Source: Oscillospiraceae bacterium (GTDB taxonomy: Bacteria > Bacillota > Clostridia > Oscillospirales > JAVBQB01). Taken from it: 64,000 nt of DNA. A program made the position numbers and the translations under genes. The stretch's first letter is position 1. Each line of letters begins with the position of its first letter. Below the pieces are notes generated by a model. That model searched no databases, was not told the DNA's origin, and saw nothing but the letters and a program-made list of their open reading frames with translations. The stretch spans positions 20,400 through 84,399 of the forward strand of contig JAVBQB010000003.1 in the NCBI GenBank assembly GCA_031549265.1, written 5' to 3'. This document shows, in pieces, positions 63,168 through 64,000 of this stretch.

Positions 63168-63822
63168 GGATGAAAAAGAGCTTTCTAACGCTCTTGTCGC
63201 GATATTAAAGCACAGCCATTACTCCGTTGATGCCGTCTATGACGGGCAAGACGCGCTGGATTACGGCCTTTCGGAGAACTATGACGGTATCATTCTTGAC
63301 ATCATGATGCCTAAAAAGAACGGTCTGGAAGTACTTTCCGAGCTAAGAAAGCAGAACATAACCGTGCCTGTATTAATGCTCACGGCAAAAGCGGAGATCG
63401 ACGATCGGGTTTTGGGTCTGGATACCGGAGCGGACGATTATCTGACAAAGCCTTTCGCTATGAAAGAGCTGCTCGCCAGAGTGCGCGCAATGACGAGGCG
63501 AAAGGAAGAGTTTAGCCCTAATACCATGCAATACGGCAATGTCAGCTTGAACCGTGAGAACTTTGAAATGTCTACAGAAAGCGCTTCACTTCGGCTGAAC
63601 AATAAAGAATTTCAGATGCTGGAGATGCTGATGAGTAATCCGAAACGCCTGATATCCGCGGAGAGCTTTATGGAGCGCATTTGGGGATATGATACGGAAT
63701 CGGAAATCAATGTGGTTTGGGTGTATATATCTTTTTTAAGAAAAAAACTGGTTTCTCTTTCCGCCAACGTTGAAATAAAGGTAGTAAGAGGCGCGGGTTA
63801 TTGTTTGGAGGAATGCAAATGA
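63148..63822 (+). CDS. OmpR-family response regulator
   Basis: ATG at 63148 after AGAAGGTG, overlapping the synthetase gene by 20 nt. REC MRLLLAEDEKEL...ILDIMMPKKNG...MLTAK...TKPF. Winged helix EFQMLEMLMSNPKRLIS...VRGAGYCL. Confidence 0.9.
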   Translation: MRLLLAEDEKELSNALVAILKHSHYSVDAVYDGQDALDYGLSENYDGIILDIMMPKKNGLEVLSELRKQNITVPVLMLTAKAEIDDRVLGLDTGADDYLTKPFAMKELLARVRAMTRRKEEFSPNTMQYGNVSLNRENFEMSTESASLRLNNKEFQMLEMLMSNPKRLISAESFMERIWGYDTESEINVVWVYISFLRKKLVSLSANVEIKVVRGAGYCLEECK

Positions 63823-64000
63823 TTCGCAAACTTCAACAAAAGTTCGTCCTCATTACAATGGTCTCCCTTTTTCTGGTTTTGCTTGTCGTAGTCGGCACAA
63901 TTAACGGTTTCTACGCGTATCAAGCCGCAGGCCGTGCCGACGGCGCATTAAACCTGCTGGCGGAGTATAATGGCAATTTTCCGGACTATGCCGAGAAAAA
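63819..64000 (+). CDS. sensor histidine kinase, N-terminal fragment (continues beyond window)
   Basis: The ATG overlaps the regulator stop (ATGA). It begins with the TM helix FVLITMVSLFLVLLVVVGTINGF. The kinase identity is inferred from its position after the OmpR-type regulator. Confidence 0.6.
   Translation, partial: MIRKLQQKFVLITMVSLFLVLLVVVGTINGFYAYQAAGRADGALNLLAEYNGNFPDYAEK

Noticed and set aside
1-64000. Search for tRNA, rRNA, CRISPR arrays, transposases, integrases, and restriction, helicase or nuclease-type defence genes.
   Set aside because: Reading both strands, I saw no T-loop/acceptor-stem patterns (GGTTCGAATCC-type), no regularly spaced direct repeats and no recombinase or nuclease motifs. 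The window appears to lack these feature classes. A tRNAscan/Infernal/defence-HMM run would be the decisive check.

Overview
All calls here were made by eye from the sequence and the ORF track. No HMM, BLAST, folding or G+C computation was run, and start codons were chosen from RBS context.

This looks like a 64-kb chromosomal segment from a high-G+C, Gram-positive, Clostridia-like anaerobe. That origin is an inference from the SLH-domain wall proteins, a sortase-type surface protein, a CD1871A-type small CXXC protein, GGAGG-type ribosome-binding sites, and frequent GTG/TTG starts. I support about 45 protein-coding genes. I recognised no rRNA, tRNA, CRISPR array, transposase or integrase.

**Signal transduction dominates the window:**
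- Eight HisKA/HATPase-type proteins. Six are hybrid kinases with C-terminal receivers, one appears to lack its phospho-acceptor histidine, and one is a classical kinase cut by the window edge.
- A kinase-less transmembrane dCache-HAMP-GAF-Hpt protein.
- Two GGDEF proteins, one canonical (GGEEF) and one degenerate (GGKEF).
- A REC-HD-GYP response regulator.
- CheR plus two methyl-accepting chemotaxis proteins (MCPs).
- A small alarmone synthetase fused into an operon with an OmpR-type two-component system.

**Most interesting loci:**
- A 12.4-kb six-gene minus-strand signalling operon (39515-51902). It combines a branched phosphorelay, c-di-GMP modules and a divergent lipid-kinase-like gene.
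- A pseudo-kinase-REC/CheR/MCP operon with no CheA, CheW, CheB or CheY in the window (23751-28343).
- A translationally coupled trio of a CD1871A-like CXXC peptide, a NapH-like polyferredoxin and an SLH-anchored thioredoxin (14380-16542).

**Other content:**
- Envelope genes: a GT4-acyltransferase fusion, SLH proteins, a phosphodiester glycosidase, and a Cna-B-type repeat surface protein.
- A hydantoinase-family gene, a GltD-like oxidoreductase, and a CofE-like gene.
- A visibly lower-G+C right-hand segment (about 57.3-64 kb) carrying a MATE/TetR/decarboxylase detox module and the alarmone-synthetase operon.
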